DNA of 64,000 nucleotides from Styela clava (Eukaryota): NCBI RefSeq assembly GCF_964204865.1, contig NC_135253.1, positions 6,944,001 to 7,008,000 of the forward strand, read 5' to 3'. Shown piece by piece: positions 51,562 to 64,000 of this stretch (position 1 is its first letter; each line of letters starts with the position of its first letter). The notes under the pieces were generated by a model. It saw only the letters and a program-made list of their open reading frames with translations, ran no database searches and was not told where the DNA came from. The position numbers and the translations under genes were made by a program.

Positions 51562-53446
51562 AATTTTTGATTTGTTGATTCGCTCTTATCATCGGAATAA
51601 TGTCATCAATGTTTGATTGCACAATTCGATTCGGTCCTTTTATAATAGTAAGCGTAGCAAAACGTTGCACGATCAAATGGTTTCAATCTTGGAAATTAAC
51701 TTCAATTTAATAAACGTTTCTGATTTGCATTGAAAGATTTCGCTATTAATATTACCTGTATCTCTTCCTTATTTGGCGGTTTAGTTAGCGTGTAGTTGTG
51801 TTTACAGTAATATGTATTTGGTAGTATATATGACATCTTGATTGGCAGCTGATCAACTTCGTGCAACATAAATCTTTGTTACTCAATGAATTTCATAGTA
51901 AAATTATCAACATAGTACAGTCATTTACTAACACTTCGCTTTTTAGACCAAGTTGCGTTTTTTGCAATGATTTATTTGTTATTTTTGGCAATTAGTATTG
52001 CCCTTCGCAAGAAATTTCGACATTGACACTATTAATTAAACCTTTTCTTTGGATTGAATGATTAAGGTTTAATCATACCAAGATCCCACAGTTTGCTAAA
52101 CTATTTGTCAACGCTTCAGAATCTACATAGATATAAGAGAATTGAATGAATGAAATGATAAACAGATGGCTATTGTACATTTTATTTCATCTACTCTATT
52201 CACCCCATATAGTCTAATTACAATCGAAAGATTTCTAAAATTGCACGTCAAAAGCGGTGGGTGTCGTTTTAAATAATAATGAAAAGATCCGCTGTGTGAA
52301 TAGAGTTGGTATTTCCTTGTATGAATAAATATACGATTTATACCTGTATGCAATTAGAACTCTTGTATTCACTTCATTCATTTAACATAGTCATTGAGTT
52401 TTTCAGATTGCGTGAGTTTTCAAGTGTTTTATTTGAACAAATAAATTCAATTCAACTGAACTCTCCAATTTCCATATTACAACACGAATTTTTTTAATGT
52501 GACATCACAATATAATATTTAAAACCCTAGTTTAGGTCAACAAAGGAATTATAAATGATTATAAATTATATTAAATTCTTACATGTACTAATATTGTTTA
52601 TTTCATGCAAGCCTGAAGTCATGTCAAGCAATAAATATATATTCGTATTTGTGAGGTTTCTATTTCCAAAATCTACGTCATTGATTGACGCAATCGAACA
52701 GCATAAAGCGTTTGTAGGATAAGAAAGTGAGAATGTAAAATTGGTCCGTTTGTATGCACGCATCACATGATATAAACAAGGTAAGATAATCAGTGACATA
52801 ATTGGGACAAAATTAGGCATTTGATTAGAAAGAGAATCTGCTTCCACACTTGTATCAATAGAGAGGGTGCTTCCACAGACTTTCAAGGAGACTCGTAATT
52901 ACGATCAATTTCATGCATAGTTACAAGGTTATCAAAATACAAGGTTGCTGCACTTCTTTTTTTTAGAGAAAAGAGCTGACTTTTTTTGAGCAAATTAATA
53001 GTTTTTCTGACATTGGTAACTTACCCTTGTGGTGGTACAAATAACAAATTAAAGAAAAGTAGATCGTAAAACGACTCCCCTCCTCGTCTCGATTTGCTCA
53101 CACTTTATATATGTGTGTTTATTTGTTTCAAAATCCAACATCGTCTGTATATTAAATAAGCAGCGAAATGTAGATGATTTATACATGTTCAAGACCTTAT
53201 TTGACTAAGACACAGTTGTGCGCTATATGCCCATTTGAATCGTACAAAGCGACTATAACTGTTACGTATAAATAGGACAATACATGTGAATAGAATACCG
53301 CATATGACGCTGTTGTATCATTATAGAATAAGTATAAATAAACGCAAGTTTTCGCATTCTTATCAACATTTTCTAATTGCGTAATGGATCAATACAATAA
53401 ACCCAAATTTAAGAAATGAACACTCTCCTGTAATGATATTTTAGAC

Positions 53447-54026
53447 CCGTGGTTTGCAACATTTTTGTCGGTGGGTCATATAACCAACTTGAGCGCTCTG
53501 CAATTATTCAAGCCAAGATGACGCACAGCCTGAATAATTCTAACTTGGTACACATACTATGTTCAGGTTGTGCGCCATCTTGATACGAATACTTCTGGAG
53601 CACCAAATATTGTTTATTTTTTCTCACAATTTACACAATGCAGAGTTTTATTTTCTAACATTTTAGTGGGACAATTGAAATTTTGAGTTCTTACATAGTT
53701 GTTAACATCAGCTTTGACAGAAGTTGTAGCAACCATTTGCTGACTGGCCAAATTGTCATCAGTCAGCTGCCAAGTGAAGAGAATGTGATATCGCTTTGCC
53801 TTATAGCAATAAAAAAAAACGGGCAGAATGGCAAAAGATTTAACAAGCGACAAGGGAAGAAGTAATATTATGTATTTTTTGCTCATTTGAGCAGCGCCTT
53901 TTTAAACATAATGAATCAGCTTGGGATTTTATGCTTGGTGGGGAAAATATGTGTGTTGACAAGGGCCACACTAAATGCCTTGGCTGGCCGGGTTGCGGCC
54001 CGTGGCCCGCCTGTTGCAAATCCCTG
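53447..54026. mobile_element. Degraded hAT (Charlie-type) MITE
   Basis: Ends CCGTGGTTTGCAAC / GTTGCAAATCCCTG with GC-rich subterminal GGGCCAC..GCGGCCCGTGGCCCG. The TSD is only partly conserved (TTTTAGAC / ATTTAAAA). Confidence 0.65.
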
Positions 54027-55891
54027 ATTTAAAAAAAATAATATATCAAGCTTATCAGCAAAACTAATAGATTTATGTAACGTTTGGTGAGTTATGTATT
54101 AAAAATACTATACGTAAATTAACTTCACGCAATTAAACGCTCTGTTGTGCAAAGAATATCTAAAAATTGATAACCATGAGGTTACAGCAAATATGTCCAA
54201 CATTTTATCGGGCGCGACAAGGCACGGCGTTGTTCTTATTTCCTGGTTTTAGAATATTATTTCAAATCTAGCTTAAAATTGTATCTATAAATACCCAAGA
54301 TCATTATCAACTCGATTTGATTTTTCGTGGTTCTGGATAGTGGAGTAAATTAATTTTTCTAAGACAAATCGGGCCCCTAGTGTTGCGTTTGCGCATTGTT
54401 GTATATAGGTGCTATTGCTAATTACATATATATATCAATACTTAACAGAGCTATTATAGTGCAATGGATAAAAATATCTTTAACCAGATCTTATTCCACC
54501 TTGAATTTATGCCCGTATAGCAAATAAAAACAAGGCCACATGGAAATACATTGCCTTTTGCCTATTTAATAAGATAATAAAAGATCAGAAGAATTCGTGT
54601 TTATTGAAACACACAATTTTGGTGCTATTTTTTTTTTCGATGACACAAATTAAGTTTAATGCTATCTAAATTTAGATTTACCGGAATTTTTTAGATTTTA
54701 TCCCCTATTATTCATTAAAAACACACGTTTGAACGTAGTTATGTCGTTTTGGTTATATACGATACTTCTCATGTATCGCGATTATTTTCCTCCAATATAG
54801 CGTTGTAGTTTTTACAGGAGAATTTACTAGTCGTGTATTACAAATCCACCATGTAATTAATCCAGTTTTGATAATTCATTTGCAATTTAAAATCCCTTCA
54901 GCATATCGCAAATGGGAAATTTCCATGTTTTTTGTTTGATATGCGTTTGTACCTAATCCAAGTCACGTTTATTGTGATTGATGTGAGATAGCAATGGCTC
55001 AAATTTTAATTACAGTTTGTGTTACATAGCGATGTATATCATATCGTGCATTCAACAAATTAGGTTTATATATCAATCTTGTTCGACAGCTATCTCAATT
55101 TATCGTCATCGAATGCCAACAAATCTTTTGCTAAGCTGCCAATCTGTAAGTTTGTGCCGTCCCACTTTCTATTTTTATATTTAAAATTCTAAACTGTCAT
55201 TGCAGCTCATTATTGAAATTCTATAATGAGCAATTACGATAGGCCAAAACATAATATTTCAGTTTTTTCGTACTGTCAGTCGACATACATTACTTAGGAT
55301 TTATATGACCAATGACTGCGATGTGATTAAATTTAAATTAAACACATTCAAGATAGCTTAGCAAATGCTAACGCATCGTCAAGCTTCCATTTGTCACATT
55401 GAACCAACAATCGACCAGACTAGATGTCAGATTACTCCAAAACTTTTACGTTATACCAAAGTATAAACAATGTTTTGATAATAATATTTTTCAAATATTC
55501 GTGATAGGGTATATTGACACTTTGAAGGCGAATAATTTCATTCTACGTTTCATTATTGAAAAATAACTACCGAATTTTTATATGAATTGAGACGAATTAG
55601 TCCTTTTACAATTTTATATTCATCTTACTTCATCTATCCCATAAAATATTTCTAACTTCGTAAAAATTGCTCTTCAGTCTCATTTAGTCAAATTGTATTT
55701 TGAGCATGAGTACTATTTAATCAGAGGAGTCGTAATTTGATATAAAGTCTTGTGAACTTTTAATAAACATTCCATATTTTTGCTATGCACAATTCTCTTA
55801 TATAAGTAAATAACGAAGTATATTAAAAAAGACTTTTCAGCAGGTAATAATTATTCTTGTTTTTATCTTCACTTTATCTGAAATCACTCCT

Positions 55892-57065
55892 TTAACACCA
55901 GAACCACCAGTGTCCACCTAGTGTAAAATAAAATATTAATTCATAAGTAAGTAATTACAATAACAAAGGCACAAATTCTCGTCAAATGACTGGTTGAGTT
56001 ACCAACGATAAAAAATTACTTTTATGTAGTACTATGATACCTATTTGTAATCCATATATAACTAGTCAAAATATATTGAACCAATGCCGCTAATTCGAGA
56101 ATGTTTATTTTTTTTATTCTATACTGTTTCTTTTGGTCAAGTTTTGAATTAAACTTTTTCTGTAAGCATGAATGATATTATCGAATGCTTTGGTCTTTAG
56201 GTGTATTCTTTTAAGCAAATCGAGATTAGAACTGCATTTTTATTGATGGATAATTTAATGCTGTTTTTTGTAAAAACTAATTTATTTACTGACAATTTAC
56301 TACCAAAGGAGTCAGGCAGTACATATATTTATCTGTTTTAATCTATATATCTATATATACTTACAAGTTGCGTAGCATTCATGGTAGTTGTCAAATCTGT
56401 TATCATTTCCTTGGCAGCCACCATAGATGAATAATTCACACCTACCAGTGCGTATGTTATAGTAGTACTTTCGAAAGAAGGCTCTACAAGGACCGGTTTC
56501 GGATTCCGAGTAGCAATCTAAATTCAAAAATTGTTATTAAAATCAATACTTTAAAATCAATCTAATTATACTTTGTTCAAAATTTGATAAAGCTAAATTA
56601 AAATAAGAGCGGGATTCCATTTAAAGATTTGTGGGTAGATGGATTCATTATATTAGCGGCGACTTGAAACTTTTTTAGGGTGTGGTCTTGTTCCAGTCAT
56701 AAATTAGACTTATTATCATATTATCATAAAAATCGTATTGTTACTGTAAAAACTATATAGTTTTTAAATCAGGTATTCTTTCGTTGTTTGTTTTTAAGGT
56801 TTGTCGTTGGACGAACTCGTCAGATTTATTTGTATCAATGACTATTCTCATATTTTGACCGATTAAAACTTAATTATGGAAAGCACAAAAATATCTTTTA
56901 TATTACAAAGAAATAACATAAAAACAAAAAGAAATAAAAATTAAAAATACGATTACACGTACAGTATGGACGTGGACATATGCGGGCTCTTCCTCTGCGT
57001 TTTGCCAAGGTATTCGACGTAAGTAGAACCACAAGAAGAAATATTAAATGACAACGGAGAGCCAT
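55892..57065 (-). CDS. KuG: secreted Kunitz protein with Arg-rich N-terminus and Trp-rich C-terminus (P1 Arg)
   Basis: Exons 57065-56963 (MALRCHLIFLLVVLLTSNTLAKRRGRARICPRPY), 56517-56365 (YCYSESETGPCRAFFRKYYYN...YGGCQGNDNRF...CYAT) and 55917-55892 (CGHWWFWC*). The last Kunitz Cys codon is split across intron 2. Absent from the ORF track. Confidence 0.87.
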
Positions 57066-58178
57066 TGTATACTTGTAGCAAATACTTGCAGAATAACAAA
57101 AATGAAATTTTCTTTCCCTTTATAGCAGTCGTTATCTATTTCCAGCGAATTTTGCCTTTTTCATTGTTGCATAAAATGTCCTGCTATACGAAATTTCAGA
57201 ACTATTAGTAACTAGTCCAAATTTTATGAGATTGCGTTTGTCTCGTGACGTAAACCATATGTATTTGTAATAATACAAATTATATCGGGGGAAATTCACG
57301 AATTTTGAGGATCGCCTAAATATTCACTTAAAGTTTTATCATGAGACATGACATTTTTTTTCTGTATAAGAAATTGCGTGCGTTACATTAAAGTTAAATT
57401 GAATGCACATTTTAGGAATTGCAAAGAAATCAATGTCTACGTATATATGTTTTCTCCGAATAGATGATTAATTAAGATAATATTCAGACAATGATTAAGC
57501 GTTATGAAATAAATTGCAGGATGGAATAGTATTTGACTACTTGGTGTGTTATTATAATGATACAGGTTTTGCGATAGCGGTGATATGAGTATCAAATGGA
57601 TGATAATAACACTTAGTTTGATTTATAAAGCAAAAAATGTTGCAAAATCACTCCTCGTATTTGTTTGATAAGTTAAATTTGTAGAAGTAAATACAATTTT
57701 CGCTAAGATAATAAACATAATTTAATAAATTTGAGTTATAAAGAGCATATTTTTTAAAAACTCAAAATATATTTTTCACAACCTTAGATTTCGAATTCAT
57801 AGTAATGACAAATTTGAGAAAACATCACAATGCAAACACTACCATTGACAATTCAGATCGCAGATCAACATTCTTAGACGAATCTACTATTATATTGGTT
57901 GCAATCATAACCAAATGTATGATGTCGTTCATTTCTTATTTGACACATTATATAATATGTAACTATTTATGTTTTATTTTGCATATTCTAAAACTGTACA
58001 TATTAAAAGTCATTTTTGTTGTTGCTGCAAATATTCCTACCACCAACCACCGTAGCCATTTGTCAATGGTATTTTAAAACTAATAAGAGTTTTCACGAAA
58101 TTTTATATTCTGTTTGTGCTTTTCACGAGATAGACATGGAAAGATTAAATTATTTTATTAATTGTTATATATTATAGC

Positions 58179-59298
58179 CAGGTTTGTCCATGGGACATAT
58201 TTTTCTGTCCCATTCCATAGTAATTTATGCCTGTCCCATCCCATCCCATGAGATTCCCATTGGAATACAATTGTTCAATTTAGTTTAAGCGTCTACTAAA
58301 TAAGACTCCATGTACAAAGAGACATGCAAAACGACAAAATTTATTGACTTTGTTAACTTTAAAAATTTAGAACTAATATATAACTAATAAGAGAGCTATT
58401 CTCAAATATATGGACGGTAATGGTACGCCGACCGTCTTGACTTTTCCAGGTCCTGTAAAGGTGATCTATGCTACATGATTCATGATCTATGTTCATGAGT
58501 AAATAATAATACAGCAGAATTTTAGACGAAATATCAGATGTCATAGGTTTCATAGAAAATTTAGGAATAAAATTAAAGTAATAGCATTCTGGTGTAAAAT
58601 ACAATCTTTAACCACTGAAAATTTCAAAGCAATTGGTTCAGTATGTGAAGACACAAGCAAGAAATTATTTTCATAACGATAAGAAAAAAAATTCCAACAA
58701 TAACAACAACATACTTCAGCCAAGCAGTAGTCTGTCTTACCTTAATCACTACCGGTAACGTGAAAAAACTTCGAACTTTTGCGTAACAAAATTTTGCCTA
58801 ATCAAACGCTAGACCACAGCGAAGTTACACAGCAAAATTTTGGATGAAATATCAGATCTCATAGTATTTATAAAATTCGGGAATAAATAAAAGTAATAGC
58901 CTTTCAGCAAAAAATACAATTCATAACCACTGAAAATTTCAAAGAAATTGGTCGAGTAATTAAAGAGAAAAGAAATTTTTTCATAACGATCTTCTTCTTC
59001 AAACACATAGTCTCAAACCACTAAAAGCAAAGTTGTGACGTAACAATAGTTCCTTCACACATAATGTACCATCCAACTTAGACTTTCGTTTTTTCAGCCC
59101 ACTCAAGCGCACTAACGTGATACCGCGTTACCTGACCATCATGTTAAAACCGCACCGGTAAAGACATAATAATAATTTTGTTGACGCACAAAACGTAATA
59201 TTACATAAAAAAGGGTGTCTCAAAACATTTCGAGTCTCATGTGTTCCATGGGAAATACAAATGTGTGCTGTCCCATTTCATTTTCACGAACAAGCCTG
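58179..59298. mobile_element. TIR element (hAT-like) with internal direct duplication
   Basis: Imperfect TIRs CAGGTTTGTCCATG / CACGAACAAGCCTG with subterminal TCCCAT/ATGGGA repeats. A ~165-bp block is duplicated at 58511-58680 and 58829-58990. The TSD is weak. Confidence 0.55.
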
Positions 59299-59529
59299 AG
59301 TATAATAGCTCGGCCTAATCCTTTAAAATTGTGTTTTATGTTCATTCAAAACATTAACTTTATGAATTTTTATTGAAATTTTTCATTAGAATTATTTAAA
59401 AATATAGTTTTTATGGAAGTTCAAATCTTTCCAACCGATATATTTACTATTCTTTCAGGAATATTGTTATGTGTTTCAATCACCTATTATTTTAAGTTCA
59501 AACTAGTTCCAACGAATTTTGTCCTTAAA

Positions 59530-59772
59530 TTTTAAAAGCACAATTGATAATAATTTTTTTTTCAATTAGAAACTATTATGATGTAATTTCGATGTTCCTC
59601 TATCATGCTGTCAATTGGCTCATACTCGTATTTTATTTGTTACGTTTAAGTACATTCATTCAGGGGAATACAGACAAATTAATCTATGTGTTTTGTGTTA
59701 ACATATTATATTAAATTAACCAGAAAATGTCGATATATGAACTTTCACGTTAACGATGAAAACGTGTTGAAC
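59530..59772. repeat. Duplicate of the region immediately upstream of KuH (63765-64000)
   Basis: Colinear similarity, e.g. TTTTAAAAGCACAATTGATAATA, TGTAATTTCGATGTTC and TGTCGATATATGAACTTTCACGTTAACGA in both copies. Confidence 0.8.
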
Positions 59773-60170
59773 CAACGTACAAAACCTGCAATTATTCAAG
59801 TTTGGAGCATTTAAAAAAAAATTGAAATCAAAAAGTAAAAAGACAAAAATACTCATCAAATGTCACGTAATTATGAAAACAAATCAAAGCATTTTCTGTG
59901 GATCAAGAAACCCTAATTATCAATCCATCAAAATGACATTATACTCTATACTTTTGTCAACTACGTTATTAATTTAATAAACTATAAAACTAATTGTTTC
60001 GTTAACTTTGAACAAATGCAGACAGATGCGTGCTTTACATCAGAATAGGAGTTCGTAATAATAATTACTTTATATTATACATGCGTTGAGCAATATCGAA
60101 TAATGTCTCACTCAATTCTTAAACTTTGTTTTAAGTACTCTTTTCCGATTACGATTAATTGCTGTCGGTC

Positions 60171-60267
60171 GTTGTCTCAAAAATGTCGTGTCCCACTTGT
60201 CCCACATGTGTCACGTATCATACTTGTCCTACTTGTCCCACATGTCCACTACATTTTTGAGACACCC
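60171..60267. repeat. Tiny fold-back element with 9-bp internal repeats; partial inverted copy at ~62359-62433
   Basis: TGTCTCAAAAATGT...ACATTTTTGAGACA inverted repeat enclosing (ACTTGTCCC)-like 9-mers. The reverse complement of 62359-62433 matches it. Confidence 0.65.
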
Positions 60268-61436
60268 CAGATTCTGTAGATATTTATTACACACATAATC
60301 AAAATATTTTTAGAATGAATATATGTACTTATGAACATTGTACTTATATTGGGCAGTTTTGCGGGTCTAATGTGAGGCGCTTTTACAGTTAAACTGACGC
60401 CTGATCATTACCTAATAAAGATATTCCAAATAGAAATAGTTTTATGGAACTCTTTGATAACGAGTAGAAAATTCAATCAGAATGATTCCAAGTTAAGTAG
60501 AAAGTAGAATCGCATTATAGAAATGGAGAAAAATCAGTAAAAAGTTAGGACTGCATTGCTATCTCCCAGGTCGAATTTTATCGGGTATTACACACGTCGT
60601 TGATTGGTATACGGGTTCCGGAAAATAATGTACCGAGCGATTATTTTAAACCAGGCGTCGGCAATCAAATTTATTTGCCACCGCCCTTCAAAAACACTTT
60701 TTTCATTCAACTTGGAAGTTCAACTCAACTGTATAACGCGAGCGAGTTCTAATGTTAGATATTGATTAACGATCAGTTTTTTTTTTTGACTATTATTTTA
60801 CGTAAGCTTATATCATTTCATCATACCGTGTTCAAGTTAAGACAAGCAAATACTGAAACATGGTCATATTGCCTCATGCGGTTTGACATTGCACTGCTTC
60901 CCGATGGTTGGCGACCCCTGTTTCAAACTACGTACAACACTTGAAATACTTTTTAACTGAATTTCCATCTTATTGTTATTAGTATCTTGAAAGATTATGA
61001 AATTAGAATTTGATGCATTACGCCAGTATGCCTGAACATCGATATTCTTCGACTGAGATATTATAAAACGATTATTAAAATTTTTGATATGAACAAATAT
61101 GAAAACGGTCGATAACAAGAATCCCTTATTATATGGATATAAATTTGTATAAGAGAACAGGCTTTCTATGCCACCCTTATGCACGCAGGATACAGGAGGC
61201 TTCTCCGATTTTCTGTATTTTTTTACACCATAAGAATAAAAATTGGCAAAAACAAAACATTTGATTTAAATAGCGTTAACGAATAGATTCATTATTTACG
61301 ATGATAAAATAATATTATCTCATCAACGCCAATCAGTCAGGTCTAAATTTATTTGATACAAAAAGCAAAAGCAAACCGCCTGGTACTGGATTATTAGTAC
61401 GTTCTATAATCTATTTCGATCCAAATGTATCTCAAG

Positions 61437-62229
61437 CAGCGGTTCCCAAACTATGAATCGCGACCCACTGGTGGGTCGCAAAAGAAATCTTAGTGGGTCG
61501 GGAAAAGATGTAGAAAGCTTTGATTAATTATACGAATCGGTGGCGACTCGAATACGTAAATCTTGAAAAAAAAATTAAACTGAATTTGAATTCTAATCTT
61601 TCAAAGTTTCCTTTTTACGATCTTCTCAAAGAAACAAAAATTTGCTACACCAAGAATGATCATGTGACTTTTTTACGCATAGCAGTTTTGTACACTGTAC
61701 AGCACTTCTTACCGTGTTTTCCCGAAATTTAGACAGGATTTAGATTCATATTCTCTTGCAGAATAACACTATGGTTTTTTTGGAAGAGGTCTTTTGAATT
61801 CATCTATCAAGAATAAAATTACATTGTAGAAAATCACGAGATTTTTTAATAAACATTATATAAAAACCGACATCCATTGTTTTTATTTGTATTTCCTATA
61901 CAAAAATCAAGTGACAAATATCATAATTGTGATTGTGACATCACACAATCTTGAATAGTGGTGTGATCTTCAACTTATCTCTGGTCATTGAAACTGTCCT
62001 CTCCCACACATTTTAAATATATTTTAAGGGTAGGGTTTAATTGAAATCATTTTTAAAATTCAAATTAGGTCTTATTTTCAGGTCAGGTCTTATTTTCGAG
62101 GAAACACGGTAGTTTTACGATGATCAGCCATTGCTGTATTCTGTGTTATGTCATAAAAAGTTAAATGGGTTGCCATAAGCTGTGGTGATAAATAGTGGGT
62201 CGCAACTCTAAAAAGTTTGGGAACCACTG
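61437..62229. mobile_element. hAT MITE (same family as 28070-28735) with nested Tc2-like element at 61712-62109
   Basis: TIRs CAGCGGTTCCCAAACT / AGTTTGGGAACCACTG, TSD ATCTCAAG / ATCTAAAG. The nested TA-CCGTGTTTTCCCGAAA...GAAACACGG-TA sits at the same internal position as in the other copy. Confidence 0.85.
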
Positions 62230-62807
62230 ATCTAAAGTCAAAGCATGGTTTTTGATAAAACTAAAGGCTGGCGAAAATTCCAGGGCATGCAAAATTACTC
62301 ATGATAAACATTTTTTGACTTCGAAACGAAAGCACGTCTATAATAACGATAAAATGAAAACAAGTAGAACAAGTGGGACATGTTTGGCAATTGGGACACG
62401 TAAGACAGGCGGGACACGACATTTTTGAAACACTCGCCTTCGGTCTAAATTTGAAAACACATGTATTTTCTAAATATCTTTCCAGTCCATACACGTAACT
62501 TCTGGCATACTTCTGGAGCCCCAAATATTTTCTATAGAAGTTACTCTTCAACTCTATCCAACCGATGTTTTTACTGCTCTTTCAGAAAAATTTTCATGCA
62601 TTTTAAGTACCTGTTACAAGCTCCAACCCATTATTCAAAGCAAGACTAAAAAAACTTTTTCTGTTTGTGTGAAATATATTTTTATTATTACTGGGTATTG
62701 TAAAACATTGTGTGAAATACTAAGCAATTCCAAATGATGTATTTTATACAAATAGTTCACTTCTTGAGTAGGTGTTTTTTCGTAATGACCCATCGTAATT
62801 GCAGTAA

Positions 62808-63675
62808 TCAGCATCTTTCTGAAAATGATAAATTGAAAAAATATAAAGTAATCTTTATTTTATTAGCACTTCAGATAGTATGAATACATTTCATGTTTTT
62901 TTTTTTTTTTATATATTCCAAAACAAACAAATATTCAGTATATATGACTGTTAAACGAAAGCCTCAACACCAGACGATTATTTAAGTATATTGGAGTAAA
63001 ATACTCGTTCAATCCTATTCAAACAGAAGAAACTTACTGCAGGCTTTTCTACATTTTCTTCTATTACTGAATCGATTATCATTTCCCTGACAGCCACCGT
63101 AGATGAATTTCTTACATCTGCCTGAAGTGCTGTCGAAATAATAACTGGGAATGTAGGCTCTGCATGGTCCGGATTCAAAAGGTTGATGGCAAACTGCAAA
63201 TTAAAGTGACTGATAAGAAATAGGAAATAATTTATACTCCAATAAGCGTGCTTTAGAAATGAACAATAAGGAGCATTTCGAATTTGTAACAAAAAGTGCT
63301 AAGTTTTGAAAACAATTTGCAAAAATACCAAGATCCAACCAAATATTTTCATAGTGATGTAGTGCTAATAAATGTAAACCACAAAATCACTTATTCAATG
63401 TTGTAAGTATTTAAACGTTTTTATCAACTCTGATTTATTTAGAATGCAGAAATATTTGCCATTAAGGTTAGGAATCGCACATGAACGATAGATTCATTTA
63501 GACAAAAAAAGAAACAATGAAGCGGGATTATTTACTTAACTTTATTGTGTTATGTATTCGCCACATAGTGAGAATGTCAATACTTACTGGAGCAATCATT
63601 CGCTTTCGAGGGCTCGATCGAACTTGATAGTAGCAAAATTACAACAGAAATTGCAGTACACCAATGGACATCCAT
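62808..63675 (-). CDS. KuH: small cationic secreted single-Kunitz protein (P1 Arg)
   Basis: Exons 63675-63588 (MDVHWCTAISVVILLLSSSIEPSKANDCS), 63193-63038 (ICHQPFESGPCRAYIPSYYF...YGGCQGNDNRFSNRRKCRKAC) and 62818-62808 (KRC*). Introns are phase 1. Confidence 0.87.
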
Positions 63676-64000
63676 CGTTTCGCTAGTTAATCACTTTTAA
63701 AATGTTGAAAGATATTCAAAGTCCAGGTTTTTAAAGGGCAGATTTCAACGCATTTTTTCATAAATTTTAAAAGCACAATTGATAATATTTTTTTTTTCCT
63801 ATCAACTATAATATGTAATTTCGATGTTCGATCACGCTGTCCATTGGTGCATTCCCGTATTTTAATTGTTACTTTTACATGCATTCATTCAAGTTAATAC
63901 AGACAAATTAATTCATGTGTTTAGTGTCAACATATATTAAATTATCAAAAAAGTGTCGATATATGAACTTTCACGTTAACGAGGAAAACGTGATGAACTT

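Noticed and set aside
52566-52886. 106-aa minus-strand ORF
   Set aside because: Non-ATG start, no recognisable motif and no splice partners found. Treated as a chance ORF, like most 60-100-aa entries in the track.
54913-54923. NF-kB-like GGGAAATTTCC (and GGGGAAATTCA near 57288)
   Set aside because: Such short motifs are expected by chance in 64 kb and are not conserved in position across the Kunitz promoters.
62261-62551. ORF with CxxCxxC run (SCPACLTCPNCQTCPTCSTC) resembling a metallothionein
   Set aside because: The Cys periodicity comes from the 9-bp repeats of a small fold-back element also present, inverted, at 60171-60267. There is no gene structure.

Overview
AT-rich, intron-containing animal DNA. 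The style suggests a marine invertebrate such as an ascidian, but this is unverified inference. The ORF track misses most real genes because exons are short, so I rebuilt them by hand from GT-AG sites and reading-frame phase. Contents: (1) eight secreted Kunitz/BPTI-domain genes, labelled KuA-KuH here, with 10 full Kunitz domains, varied P1 residues (K,K,N,D,E,D,R,R,R,R), a recurrent extra Cys pair whose partner position moves, and two genes whose first Kunitz exon appears shrunk to a 22-codon 'mini-Kunitz'; (2) an intact 9-exon, 358-aa orphan class A GPCR inside the Kunitz cluster; (3) a gene of 17 or more exons made of two copies of an unrecognised ~240-250-aa module, each followed by EGF-like exon(s); (4) an A-B-A-B tandem array with two intact intronless class I SAM-dependent methyltransferases, one pseudogene and one deleted copy; (5) many non-autonomous DNA transposons (hAT/Buster-type MITEs, nested Tc2-like elements, a CACTA-like element, Helentron-like HINEs). 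I saw no rRNA, tRNA or CRISPR array. All gene models are manual predictions without transcript support.
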